From Piromyces finnis finn (Eukaryota; Fungi; Neocallimastigomycota): a stretch of 64,000 bases of DNA. Under the pieces are notes generated by a model. It was given only the letters and a program-made list of their open reading frames with translations, had not been told where the DNA came from and searched no databases. The stretch's first letter is position 1; every line of letters begins with the position of its first letter. The DNA is taken from contig MCFH01000016.1 of assembly GCA_002104945.1 (NCBI GenBank), forward strand, positions 806,001 to 870,000, read 5' to 3'. Both the position numbers and the translations under genes were made by a program. Below, piece by piece: positions 1 to 14,308 of the stretch.

Positions 1-1286
1 TTTAATAGTACTTAATCTTGACTCTTCTTCACTCTTTATTGAATCGGTAATATCATTATTGTTTTTATCTGTTTCATCATCTTTTATTGATTGTGATAAT
101 TCGTTTACGTCTGTTTCTGTTATTCCTTCACTAGTTATTTGGGACACCTCAGTGTTTTCAATTTCTGTATTTGAAGCATTAATAATTTGTGATGAAGTAT
201 CGTTACTTTCAACCTCGGTTGTTTCTGTGTTAGTTATATTTGAAATTTCTGGGTTAGATGTTTGAGAAATTTCAGTATTATTTTGTTCAGCAGGTTGATC
301 AATTCTTTCTTTTTTACTTTCTTCAGCTTTTTCATCTACTAATTGTGAAACTGCATCCATTAAAGTAATTTTTTCAATAGTTTTTGATTTGGTGGCGTCC
401 GTTTTTGATGGTGCTGTAACATCACTATCTATTATTGGTGAAATATTGCCATTATCTACAGCCATTGAATTTAATAGTGAATCTTTATTCATAAAAAGTG
501 TATTTGGAGAAAGATTTGGAATTAGTGTTTGTGGTAATTTTTCTTTTCCTGATAATTCATCATCTTTTTGTTCTAAAAGTACACTATGAAAAACCATTTT
601 TTTGGTAGTTTGGGTTAAAGGAATAAGTGGGAAATCCTTTGAAGAATTATTGGAATTTTCACCTGTAAGATATGAATATAATGATGATGATTGTTTAAGT
701 GATGCATTGGATGGATGTATTGAAGATTCTAAATTATCTTTATTATTATTATTAATTTTATTTTCATCCACCTCAAAAATCAAATCTGTTCCTAACGAGT
801 AATCTACTTCTCCCTTATATACAAAATTTCCAATTTTAAACATTGGTTGATCTGTATCCAAACCCTTTATTATTTTTATTAAATTTTAATTATGATAAAT
901 GATTTGAAAGAAAGTAAACATCGATTATTGTTCAATCCCCCAAAAATTATATTACATTAATTTATTATTAATTTTTAATAATTTTAAATTAATTTTTAGT
1001 TTTTATTTTTTCAAAATCTTAATAATCATATATACATTAACTTACAATCAAGGAATAACCATTGTTAATTTCAAGAGATCTCTTTAATAAATCAATGGTT
1101 AAATCGGATCCTAAATCCATTATCATATAAGTTGACTAATTATTCAATATAATTTTATGAGTTTAATATTAAGCATTCAATATGATAAGAATATGTTGTT
1201 ATTAATATTTATACCTCTTCTTCCCATTCATCTTCAGAATCAACTTCCATTTTGTCTGAACTTGATGGTTTATCCTCTTTTAACAT
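1..1286 (-). CDS. GTF3C6: TFIIIC subunit 6-like protein (GTF3C6/Sfc7 family); 3 exons, runs off the left edge
   Basis: Manual splicing at GT..AG gives MLKEDKPSSSDKMEVDSEDEWEEE / STYMIMDLGSDLTIDLLKRSLEINNGYSLI / GLDTDQPMFKIGNFVYKGEVDYSLGTDLIFE. This matches the TFIIIC_sub6 pattern (acidic run, then GLDTxxP..IG..VY.G....LGT.LIFE), followed by an acidic S/T-rich tail still open at position 1. Confidence 0.75.
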
Positions 1287-2744
1287 TTTGAATTATTATT
1301 TTTAATTTTAGTACTTTTGTAATTTCGTTATATTTTTTTTGAGAATTGTGTATTGATATTTCAATTATCAGTAAAAGATAATAATAATATTAATATATTT
1401 TTAGTAAAATTTAAATTTAATTTTTTATATTTGGTATATGATTAAACTAATTGAAAAATATAAAATGCTGAAATGTTAATTTTAATCTTTTAATATTGAG
1501 ACATTTACTACTTTTTTTATTAGTTATAATTATATATCCAATATCTTATTATTGCTGTATATTTGTATATCTAGCAATAACAATATAAGTATGAATATTT
1601 GTATTTATTATTGCATGGGTAAAATAAAATATTCAATTTAAAAATTATTCTTTTTTTTTTAACTGAATATAAAGATTATTATTAATTTAAATTTACAAAA
1701 TTTAAAGTAATACAAAAAAATAAAAAAAAATTTTTATTAATTATTCTTAAATGAAAATAAATATATAATTTTTCTATTTAATACAATCTCTGCTTGATAC
1801 TGACTACTGATTTAATCATTTTTTCTCTTTGTTAATAATTATATAAAAGCTTTGTTTTCTTTAAAATATATATATTGAATTAAAAGGTGTAGATGAAATA
1901 AAAAAAAGACTACTAGTTATTTTCATTATTGTGGTTCTTCCACTTTTTCAAATACATCATATGATTATAATACATATAAAGAACTTTAATTTCTATTAAA
2001 ATTTAAAATTTTATTATATATAAAATTTTTTATAGAACATATTTTATTATTGATGTTAATATATATATTTTTTCTTTCTTTTTTATTTTTTTTTTTTTTT
2101 CAAAATTGAAATTTGATTTTTATTAACAGTGATAAAAATACAATTAAAAAATACAGAAAAATAATTATTAATGAACGTATGAGGGGAAAAGTATAAAATT
2201 TTAATAAAAATATACTTTTTTTAATTATCAATTGATATATTAGGAAAAAAAAAAAAAAACTGTAAATAGAAATAAAATATGAAATCCTTGGAATTTAATT
2301 AAAGTATGTATTTAATAAATATAACTAAAGCTTATGAATAATAAAGTTATATATTTAATAATGAAATAAAAAAGGAAAAACATTGTAAAATATTATTAGT
2401 TTAAATATTATATTGAATTATATTTTTGAAAAGTTATTATAAATTGTGTATTATTTTAAAATTTAATAATATAATTGTTAAAAAAAAAAAAAAAAAAATG
2501 ACACATAATATAGGAAATAAAAAATAATAAGAAAATAGTTAATTCAACAATTATTTCTTTTAAATATATACATATAAAAATATAAATGAATACTCTCTAT
2601 TATCAATTTTATAATAACTTTTTTTTTTATGTGTAATTTTATTTTTAAAAAAATATTTAAATTTTAATATTATTTTAGATAAAGTTCAATATATTTAAAT
2701 ACATTTTTATATAATACAAATTTAATGTTTAAATATTGGTGAAA

Positions 2745-4625
2745 ATGTCTAGTACACAAAACAATATAAATAAAAAGAGCATTCTTTATCGAATGTTTGA
2801 TAAAAATCTTCAAAAAAACCTAATAGGTTCAATGACTGGGTCAAAATCTTTGGATGAAGCTATTGCTGGTATTGGTGCAGGTATGGTTTCTACTTTAACT
2901 TTACATCCATTAGAAACTGTAAAGACAAGACTTCAAGGTATTTATTATTTTTATTTCTCATGTTAAATTTATATTTTATATTATTTAAAGTATATGAAAA
3001 AATAAAATAATAATAATTTAAAAAATAAAATTATTAATATATATAATTAATTTTTTATACATTATATCGATTTGAAAAAAAAAAACTCATAAAATGTTCA
3101 GTCCATGATGGCAGAATAATAGCTTTAAAACATAATGGTACTTTTAAAACTATGATAGATATTATTAAAAGTGATGGCTATAAAGGACTCTATCAAGGTT
3201 TATCACCAAATTTAATTGGTAATACTGTTTCATGGGGTATATACTTTTGGATGTAAGTGTTTAGAAAAAAAAAAAAAGTAGAAATTTTGCTCTTCTGGTA
3301 TAATTCGAAAAAATATATTTTTAACTTAATTTTAAATTTTTTTTTTTTTTTTAAAAAAAAAAAAGTTATTCTATGAAAAAAGACCAATACAGTAAACAAA
3401 ATAACGGCGAAAGATTAACAAAAACTCAACACATGAGAGCGTCATATCAAGCAGGTAAATTATTGACTATTAGTAAATATCACAAACAAACAAACAAAAG
3501 TATTTCTATTCTAATCTAATAATACTTTTAAAGGTTTAATTACTCAGGTAACTACAACTCCAATATGGTTAATTAAAACGAGAATGTGTATACAAACTCC
3601 AAGTGACCCAGAACGGTATAAAAGTATAATAGGTATAAATCATTTTTAATACATTTATATATACTATTATTAATAAAAAATTAAAGTCATATAAAATGAA
3701 AATTAATATATTAAATCAATTTAATTTTTATACTTTTATTTTTTTTTTATTTTTTAAATAAAAAATTAGATGCTGCCAGAAAAATTTATAAATATGAAGG
3801 AATAAAAGGATTTTATAAAGGAATGGTATCAACATTAGTTGGAACAAGTCATGGTGCAATTCAATTTATGGCATATGAAGAAATGAAAATTATATATAAA
3901 AATAGATATCCAGAAAAGGATAACTCTGTATGTATCTAGAAAAAAAAAAAAAAAAAAAACAAATTATTTTTCATAATTATTATTATTAATTTTTTAAAAA
4001 TTTTTCGTTATAATATACATATTTGTGTATATTCTAAAATATGAATATATATTATATATGTCATTTATTTAAATAATTTTTATATCGACAATCGAAAGGA
4101 TGCTTTAAGTTACATAGTGATGGCTGCGTCATCAAAAGTATTTGCTACCCTTATTACCTATCCGTATCAAGTTATAAGAGCTCGTTTGCAGGTAATTATT
4201 ATATTGTACTTTTTTATATATTTTTTATTTCTCAATATAAAATAATGCAATTTTTTTTTTTTAATTAAATCAATTTTTTTATTATTTTATTATTATTGTT
4301 ATTTTTTTTTTTTCAGACTCAAAGAAATAATGAATTTTATAATGGATGCATTGATGCTATCAAGAAAATTTATATGTAAATATATATATATAGTACATTT
4401 TTAATTCAATAATAATAATAAAGAAAAAAATATTCTAATTATTTAAATATTTATAAATTTAATAATAATAATAGTCGTGAGGGTGTATCTGGCTATTATA
4501 AAGGAATGTTTACAAATATTTTTAGAGTTCTACCAAATACATGCGTCACCTTTTTAGTATACGAAACCTTATCAAGATGTTTCTCTAAGAAGAATAAAAA
4601 GGAAACTAACAATGACATTAATTAA
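2745..4625 (+). CDS. FLX1: Mitochondrial carrier family protein, FAD/folate carrier type (FLX1/SLC25A32-like); about 8 exons
   Basis: Three carrier signature motifs across exons: [21 protein letters not shown] (Trp in place of the acidic residue, typical of FAD/folate/NAD carriers) and [11 protein letters not shown]. Also [22 protein letters not shown] and [25 protein letters not shown]. Stop TAA at 4623-4625. Confidence 0.8.
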
Positions 4626-4875
4626 TTAGAATGGTTAAAAAGAAGAAAAAATAATATAAAAACCAAAGAAAAATAATTATATGAAAATAGAACTCATTAA
4701 CAAAAATTTTTTTAATAAAAAAAAGAAGAAAGAAACAAAACAAAGCAAAACAAAAACAAAAACAAAATAATAACAATTATAATAACAATAATATAAAAAA
4801 TTAGATTTTATTTTATTAATATTTTTACTTTTTTTTTTAAAAAAAGTTGTAAATGAATAACTTATTTACAAAAAA

Positions 4876-4915
<40 letters not shown>

Positions 4916-5229
4916 TATACCCATGTTGAAGTAGATAAAAATAAATAAATTTAACTAATATAAATAAATTAAATTAAAAAAAAAAAAAGTTTATAGGATG
5001 AACCATATAATAAGAAATTATATGAAATATATTATCATTATGGTAATATGATTATTTTATTTTATTATATAAGAATTAAAATTTCCCAATGTTATTACTT
5101 GTTTAAATTTTATAATGTATATATAATTTTAATTGAAAGTAATACCTTGTTAAATTATTTTTACATTAATTTATTGTATTATATTATTTATTTTAAAGAT
5201 AGTTTTAATTGAATTCATGTACACTAATA

Positions 5230-6430
5230 TTATCTGTTAGATAAAAGATTACCTATTCTTCTTTTATCTTTATTACTTATATTTAAACAACTCCGTACTG
5301 GAATTGGTTTTAATAATAAATATTCCTTTAGTCGTATTGCATCTAAGGCAGTTTGTTGACCTTCTAATAGATGTTGAAGATCACCATTCTAAAAAAAATA
5401 TATATATATATATTTAATTTTAAAAAAAATTAATTAATAGTAATAAAATTTTCATTTGAATAAAAAAAAAAAGTAAATGTATAACTATAAAAATCACTAA
5501 AATTTTCAATCAAATTTAACTATACTAATTATATTAATTAGTTATTTAAAAAATAAAAATTACTCGACAATCTAATTGCCATAAAAATTGCTCTTTAATT
5601 CGTTGGTTTGCTTTTTGTGAAGCTTCTATAGATTCTTGTCTTTGTTTTTCTCTTATTTGTTGTAATTCATTAGCAGTTGGTTCTGTACCATAAATTGATT
5701 TTATTTTTTCTTGAATATTATGTTCATATTGATGATTTCGTTTATTTGTATTCATAATAAAATTTTGAATTTCTGGTAAAGGATTTTCATAAATATAATA
5801 TTTAGCTTGTAAATTTCTATCCATTTTTTCCCATTTACTTTTACTAATATTTTGACGATTGAATAAAGAAAAATTTACATTTCGATCATCTTCAGAATTT
5901 AAATCAATAGTCTTGGTAATTCTAGGAATTTGTTGATAGTCATTGAATGTTTTATTGGCTTCAAACCATTTCATTGGAAAAGCATGAGCTTTTTTTTTTA
6001 AATCAAAGTAGCATGTCGCTTCGTCAAATCTTTTAGAATAAGTTATTGATCCATCAGAATTACCTGTTTTATTATTCGGATCTGAACTTTTTCCAGGAGC
6101 TAGAATTTGTGATATTTTATCTTTAGGATTAGTTCCATTTGAGATATCATTAATGCTAAATCCTTCTTCATCATTTTCATCATCATCGTCATTATCATCA
6201 TCATCGATTTTATCTTTTGATTTTTTGTTGTAGTTTCGTTGTAGTATATTTTTACCATGTTTACGGTAATATGAAGAATAAAATACTAATGGTTGTGTTA
6301 ATTGCTCATTCAAAAATTTCATTAATTCAATTTTTTCTTTTGTCTTTAAGTTTTCCATAGATCGAGCACTCATTAATCCAATATCATCATCATTTGATTT
6401 TTTTTTTAAATTCTTTTTCTTCATTTCCAT
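5230..6430 (-). CDS. Uncharacterised protein with an LKAAEAR1-family-like C-terminus; 2 exons
   Basis: The 294-aa ORF spliced to an exon at about 5230-5388 gives ...KANQRIKEQFLWQLDCR/NGDLQHLLEGQQTALDAIRLKEYLLLKPIPVRSCLNISNKDKRRIGNLLSNR*. This resembles the LKAAEAR1 C-terminus as I recall it (R..EI..LI..QKSARAAIRLELFL...ERRRVETIL); not verified by search. Confidence 0.5.
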
Positions 6431-7192
6431 TGTATTCGAATTTATAAATAATTTAAAAACAAATACAATATATACAATATATATATATTTTTTTCTTTCT
6501 TTTTTTTTATTTTAGCCCCTCCTATTTTTCTTTTTTTCTTTTTTATTTTTTTTCTTCTTTAGATTGAATAATAATATTAAATATATTAATTAAAAACAAA
6601 AAAATATAGGAAAAAAATAAATGAAATGTAAAAATAGAAAAAGTTTATTTATATTAAAACTAATTTTTTCTATTCTTAATATTAACATGACTATTTGATA
6701 TATAGTAAAAAAAAAAAAAAATTATAAAAGCCTATTCTTTATAATTACATTCATATATAAAAATATTTTTATTATTAATACAATATACAAAATAACAAGT
6801 CTTTATATATAACTAAACAATTATAAAATATTATTAATTTGAATATTTATTATTATTAAAAATTAATGGTTTATGACATTTACACATTCAGTATCATGAT
6901 TAATAATAACAAGCAATTGTTATTATTATTATAATTATTATTAAAACTAATAAAATATTTATTATTTTTTCTATTGACTTTATTATACACTCTAGGATTA
7001 AAATATATCAATACATTTTATTCTTATATTATTTACAATATTTTATAAAAAATTAATGATTAAATAAATTACTTTTATAAATAAATAACTTAACAAATAT
7101 AGTAATAACATTAAATTTATATATAGTTAATTTAAAACAAACATTTATTTCTATTTTGGGGTTTTTAATATATATATATATAGCATTATTAT

Positions 7193-10100
7193 TTATTCCA
7201 TAAATCTATCCTCAATGATTATCTCAGAAATTTCTACCTCTTTACCATCATTAGTATAATAAATATATGGTTTAGGAGAATCAAAAATATATTCATCTAT
7301 TATTTCAATAGTTTCTACCTTATTGAAACCATTTTCTTTATCAATTGGTAAAATAACTGGTTTAAATATTTTTTGACTCGATGAATGATGAATATTATTA
7401 TTTTCTAAATAATCTGAATTATCATAATAATGATAATCAATTGCTGATGAAGATTCTGTCTCAATTTCATGATTAATAACATCGTCATTTTGATTATAAT
7501 TCTTTTGTTGATTAATGTATTCAGATCCATTATGATTCAAGGATGATCGGGTATAATTAACGGTGGAAGAATTATTAATTTCAAAGGAACTAGAAATTTT
7601 TGAAATTTGTTTGGCAAAAATATCAGTTTCTGTTAATGATGAATTCATTTTTTCAAAAGAGATAACTTGATCATTTTCTATTTCTTGCTGAATGGATTTT
7701 TCTTCATTTGATGTTTTAACGATTTCTTTTTTCTCACTGGTGTTTTTTGATTTTATAATAAAGTTATTTTTAAAAAGTGAAAAATAAGAAAAAGAATTAG
7801 TTTTTTTGTTTTTTATTAAATTATTATTATCAGTACTATTAATATCAATATGATGAGCTTGAGATATTGAATGACTATTTTTTTTTTTAAACATGCTAAA
7901 GAAAAAATTTGTATTTTTTTTCTTTAAAAATTTTTCTTCCTTCTTTTCATTATTATCTACTAATACATCTATCTTTTCTAAATCCTCTCCTCCAATTACT
8001 GTTGTAAGAGATGATTGAACTTTTTCTAATCTATTGTCTATAAAATTATTATTATTTTCTTCTTCTTCTTTTACATCATTATTTATACTAGATTCACTAT
8101 TATTTTCAAATAAATAAAAATCCATTTTATTTCCATTACCCTCATCATCATTTATAATATTACTAGAACTATTATTGACATTGGGTTCATAGACACCAGT
8201 GTTACTTATATCATTATTATTTTTATCATTTCCATTATTGTCATCTTTTTTTATTAATTTTTTTGTATAGAGAATTAAAAAAAAAAAAAAAAAAAAGTAT
8301 TGATGATAATAAATAAAATATTAAATTAATTATACTTTTAATAATATATATACATATTATTCCCTAGTTACTATATTCTAATAAAATTAAAACATTCATT
8401 ATTTATATTATTTTTTTTATTAAATTACCTGATCCATTTTTGGAAGTATCAGCTAATGATAAAGATTGTCTTATTGTTTTGCATACAGTTTTTATATAGT
8501 TCATTGATTTTGATTTTTTTAATAAAATCGGGTCATTATTTGAAAAGTTTGTTAATTCTTGTGTTGATTTTTGATCTTCTATTGAATTAGATTCAATATT
8601 TTCTTCATCTTTGCTAAATTCTAATCTCTTGGGTATTTTTGATGGTTCTATCATCTTTTTATCTTTCATAAGATTTGAATATTTTAATATTTTCTTCTCT
8701 TGTTCAAGGTAATATTTTTTTTCCATATCCATTACTTTATCAATTAATTTTTTGGCTATTCTTTGCTTTTCCTTATTTTTATGTGAATTAACCTTTCGTA
8801 AATAAAATGGTATTTCTTCATTTTCATCATTAATATATTTGGATTCCTCTTTTACTTCTGCAAATTTAACAGCTTTGGTATCATCATTTATTAATATAGC
8901 AAATTTAATGCTATCTTTTTTCATGTTATGATGATCATCATCATCTCTTTCTGTTTCGTCATTAATTTCATACTTATTACTTTTACAGGATTCATTATTG
9001 GATTCATAATTATTATAATATTGTTCAGTATAATCATCATCAACTTCAACTTCATCATATTCATTGGTAAAATCGATAACAATCTTTGGATATTCATTAC
9101 CGAAAAACAATACCTCTTTTTTATTATAATTATCATAATCATCATCAACATATTCTATTGTTATTACTGGCAATTCACTTCCACAATTAATGTTGGTTTT
9201 ATTATTTTTCTTATTATTACCCAAAAATAAATTTTTTAACTTTTTAAATCCTAATTTAAATTCATTTTTAATATAGGTCTTTAATGTGCCATCTTCCATA
9301 ATATCAACTCTATCGATTCTCTTTATCTTTACATTCTCATTAAATGTCACCTTTTTTTTAATCTTTAACTCTTGTTGAATATCACATTTTTCTGGATAGG
9401 TGTCATTATCTACGATATAAATAGCATCATCATCCACACTAATAAAATCATCATCATGATCATCATTATTATCATTCATTGGAGATTTTACCTTGTGATT
9501 TGATGTATCATTTATATTATCGGGATAAATGATTTTTAAAGGTAAATTATTAAATAACTTTACATTTTTATTAATAGATTTCAAATTTGTATATTCCTGG
9601 TCATCATGCAATAATAATTTAAGACTCTTTGGATGATCTGAAGTTTTATGACTGATATTTGGATCTCTTTCAAATAATGAATAATTTGAACTTCCTGAAT
9701 TATCTATACTATTGTCAAAATATTCATTATATGAATCTTCATTTATAAATGAAAATGCATTATCATCAAGATTATTCATTATTATTGCTTCATTATACAA
9801 CTCCTTTCCTTTTTCTCTTCTAATATCTTCATCATCACTTAAAATGATATCACTGTTATAATTAAATATATTATCATAACTTAGAGAATCATCACTTATA
9901 TTGATAAAACTGTCAAATTTATCAATTCTTAAATTGTTTTTATTTATATGATTTTCATTTTGATTCATTTCAAAATGTTCAAAGCTATCGGTCAAAACAC
10001 TACTATCGTTAATAATCTCATCAACAGCAGGATTAAAATCACATAAACTTTCTAGTGAATTAATACTTTGATTTGTTTGATATTTTATGAAATTCTTATA

Positions 10101-10622
10101 ATTATGTTTATTAACAAGGGTTTCTGAGTGAGTGACAGTAGTTGAGTCATCTTTTTCTGTTGTTTCTACAATTTCATTATTAACAAGAGTCTCGGAATGA
10201 ATAATGGGTTCATGATTTTTACTATCGCCAAATTTAATAATATCTTCATTAATTAAAGTTTCAGAATGTTTTAGTTGAGGCTTTTCCGATGTGATACTAT
10301 TAGATATTTCCTCTTCAAGAAATTTTGATTGTTTATTTTGTTCGAAAAGATATAAACTAGAACAAGAGTCTTTATTAATTATAGTTCTCTCTGAATCTTT
10401 TTTACTTACTAACCAATCATTTTTTTTTTCGAGGATATTAACTTTTGACAATGAATTTTCCTTTGAAGATTTTATTTTTTTTAAAGAATAGTCATTTGTA
10501 AGTTTATTAGAAATTATTTGCATTTCATTTATAGGTTTGAGTTTGACAGAATTTAATAAATTACTATTGGACTCCGAACCATCTTTCTCTATTAATTTTG
10601 AATTAATAATACTTGAATTCAT
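7193..10622 (-). CDS. Large low-complexity (N/D/E/K/S-rich) hypothetical protein; probably one gene with an intron at about 8260-8425
   Basis: The 739-aa and 310-aa ORFs are collinear and of similar composition, a GT donor lies near the end of the first, and the second frame is open upstream of its ATG. No recognisable globular domain. Confidence 0.55.
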
Positions 10623-13600
10623 TTTTTCTTAATAACTTTTTTATTGATATTATTACTTATTAAATATTAACGGTACTTATTACATAATATACACTATACA
10701 TAAACGAATATGAAAATATGAATGTCTATTTTTATTTAGTGAAAACCTTGAATAAACTCTCTAAATCTTTTATTATATTGGTTATATATTGGCTATGATG
10801 TATTTTATAAAGATATATTATAAAAAAAAAAAAGTATATAACTATATATTATATTTTATTGAATAACTTGATAAAAATTATATTTTTCTTTTGAAAAAAA
10901 AAAAAAAAAGTTTAAAACATTAATATTAAGAAATTAAATTTGCTTGGCAACGGTTTTTATATTAATATTGTTGAAAATAATAGAGGTAAGCTTTTCTTCT
11001 TTCATTATCATTATTTTTTTATTATTAATAAATATTATTGGATTATAAAACATATAAATAATATATATTTATTGTTCTATTTAATTAATTACAAGAAAAA
11101 AAAAGTGTATTTATTTATTCTATCATATGTTAAAAATTAGCATCTACAACTTTTCAATTTTTTTTTTTTCAAAATAATATATTAGGGGCTTTTAATAATT
11201 TATAATTACTTATCTGTTACAATATTACTTTTTTAATAAAATAAGTATTAATTATTATATATATTTTCTCTGTTAATTAGGCATTAATATCTTTTAACAT
11301 ATCATATTATAATCATAAATGAATAAAAAAAAAAAAAAGAATCAGGAAATTTAGATAGAACTTTAAAAAAAAAAAAGTTTGAAAAGTAATTAAAAAATTA
11401 ATTTCATAATTGAGTCTTTTTTTATTATTAATTTGAGGTTTTGTATTTATTATAAATTTAAGTTTTAAATTTTTAAAACTTTATTATACATATTTTTATA
11501 TATAGAATAATTATATTCTAATATATTAGTGATTTTATCTTTTACATAAAATTTGATACATTAATCAATATATAGTAATATTAATTCTTAATTTAATTAA
11601 TACATTACCATTTTTTTCACTTATTATTAAGAGAATGAACTATAAAATAAGAGTGATATTAATAATAAGACAATAGAAATAAAAATGAATTAGTTATGAA
11701 AGATTATAAATAATTCCTCTCATGTTTTTTAATATTTATAATACTTTTATTTTTTCCAATTATTACTTTAAACTTTTCGTATTAAATAATTTAATAAATT
11801 TAAAATCTTACTAATAGTTTTTTTTTTCTTTATTTTCCTAATAAAATCTGTAACAAACTAAAAATAAAATTTAAGATTATTATTATAAAAGTATAATGTA
11901 TAATAGCTCATAATAATTATAATGAATGTAGATTTATAAGAATAAATTAAATACAATTAAAATACAATTCACTCTTTGTAGAAGATATATATAAATATTT
12001 AATTAATAAATTGTGGCCATTCATCTATCCATCATTTTCTATCCACCATCGAAAAACTTTTTTTTAACTAATTTTGAATAGTAACCTTATTTGGTAAAAA
12101 TTATGTATTAAATTTTCTTAAAACAAAAAAAAAATAATAATAATTAATAAGAATATATCTTATTATATAAAAAAAAAACATTTTTATTATAAATTTAACA
12201 ACCCATTTTATTATTTTATAAATAATAATATTTAATAAGACTAGAAAGAGGGAATGTTATTTAAAAATCTTAATAAAAACTTTTATATCTAATAAAATTA
12301 TTAATATTTTAATTATTAATAACAACAGTCAAAAATATTTATGATTTCATATATCAAAGATTTTTTGAACAATTACCATAAAAAACTATTTTAAATGGGA
12401 ATTTAATATATAAAATGTTAAATATGAAAAAATGATATATAAAAATTATAATATTATATAAGTCAATAATGAATATAAAAATTATAAATCTTATTCATAT
12501 TATTATTATAAATTTTATGTATGTATATAGATGACCATTAAATTAATTCATGTAATTCTTTATCATTTTCTATTGATTTATTATCAGTTTTATTTATACT
12601 CAGATAATTTTCATATTACATTTTATTAATATTCTTTTTTTTCAATTTTAATTATTTTTCTTTTTTTCATTCTTGCTCTATTTCCTTTATCTTACTATAA
12701 TTATTATATAAAAACTTTTTCTTTATATACATTTTTATATTTTTTATATTATTATATTATTATTATTAGTATATTCCAAAAAAGGAATAATTTAACAATT
12801 TGTGTAGCATAAAAAAATGACATTTAAAATAACTAAAATTCATTATTATTAATTAAAAATAAATTAAAAGTTATTTTAATTTTAATATATATGATATTAA
12901 AAAAAAAGGATTAATAATTAATAAAAATAAATTTATAAAAATCCAATAATTAATAATCCTTTTTACATAGAATATAAAATGTATTTTTCACTTTTACTAT
13001 GAAAAAAAGAAAAAGATAAAAATATTTATAATAATATTTAATTGAAGGACCTTAAATATATGAATTATAAAGCAATAATAATATATTTTAATATATTAAT
13101 ATAGAAAAATTTTTATTAAAGATAAAATAAATTTTGGTGCTAACATTATATTGATTTTAAATGTCATTAAAAATAGAATATAATTATTTTTTTGTTAAAC
13201 AAAATAATTATTACAAAAATGGATGTCAAAAAAAACATAATATATATCATGTATTACAAATTGTATAAATATTCATTAAAAAAAAAAAAAAAAGCATCAT
13301 TGTATTATTTAGTTTATTTAAAAAATGAAAAATTGAATAAAATAAATATAGATAAATATAAATTAAAATATAGTTTTTTTATCAGTAGTAAATAAATATT
13401 TTATCAATAATGATAGTTTATATTAATATTTCATATGTATTTCTATAAAATACAAAAAAAAAATGTATATGAAGTATCAATTATTTGTTTACATAAAAAC
13501 AATTAAAAATCATTTTAAATTATTAAAAAAATCAACAAAAACAATTATTATAATAATTTAATTTAATAATAAATAAAAAGTGTATTTTTAAAGCATCCAA

Positions 13601-13648
13601 ATAATGAAAAGAATTATTGATATCAGAATAAAATATAATCAGTTTTTA

Positions 13649-13650
<2 letters not shown>

Positions 13651-13703
<53 letters not shown>
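13651..13703. repeat. (AAT)n microsatellite, about 17 units
   Basis: Direct reading of a perfect AAT run. Confidence 0.95.
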
Positions 13704-13706
<3 letters not shown>

Positions 13707-14308
13707 TACTTTGATAAAAAAAATATTTAAATTTTAATAATTAAATATTGAATTAATAAAACCATTTTTTTTTTAAAAAAAAAATAAAAATTCAAACGTT
13801 TTTTCAATAACAAAATAAATGTGATATAAACTTTAATTATTAGAAATATTATTATTTATAGTCAAAGATATAAAACCAGTGTGATATAAATTTATGAATA
13901 ATAATTTATGTAAATCGATTTTTATTATAAACTTTTTATTTTATAAATGAATGCTCAAAAAAAACTTTTTTTTTTCTATTAGTTAAATATTAATATTAAG
14001 AAATTAAATAATAAATAATAATATAAACTGATATAATTTTTTGTGTTTTTAGTATAGTAATAAAATAATAGTAAATAAAATTGCTTTTTTTTTTTTTTTT
14101 TTTTTTTTTCTGTTTTAAATATTTTTTTTCTTAATTGTTGATATACAAAGGTTTTAAATCTTTCAATAGTCTGTATAATAATAATTATGAATTAATTCTT
14201 TTTCAAAAAATAAATATATTTCTTTTTATATTATGCCAGCTGTTATATAGTATATATTAGTATTTATTATAAAAAATAAATAGCATTATTACTGGATATA
14301 ATAACATT

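Noticed and set aside
59-802. Three short + strand ORFs
   Set aside because: They are antisense shadows of the minus-strand TFIIIC subunit exon. The same applies to the short ORFs overlapping ODC, METTL16, the LINE ORF and the bZIP genes.
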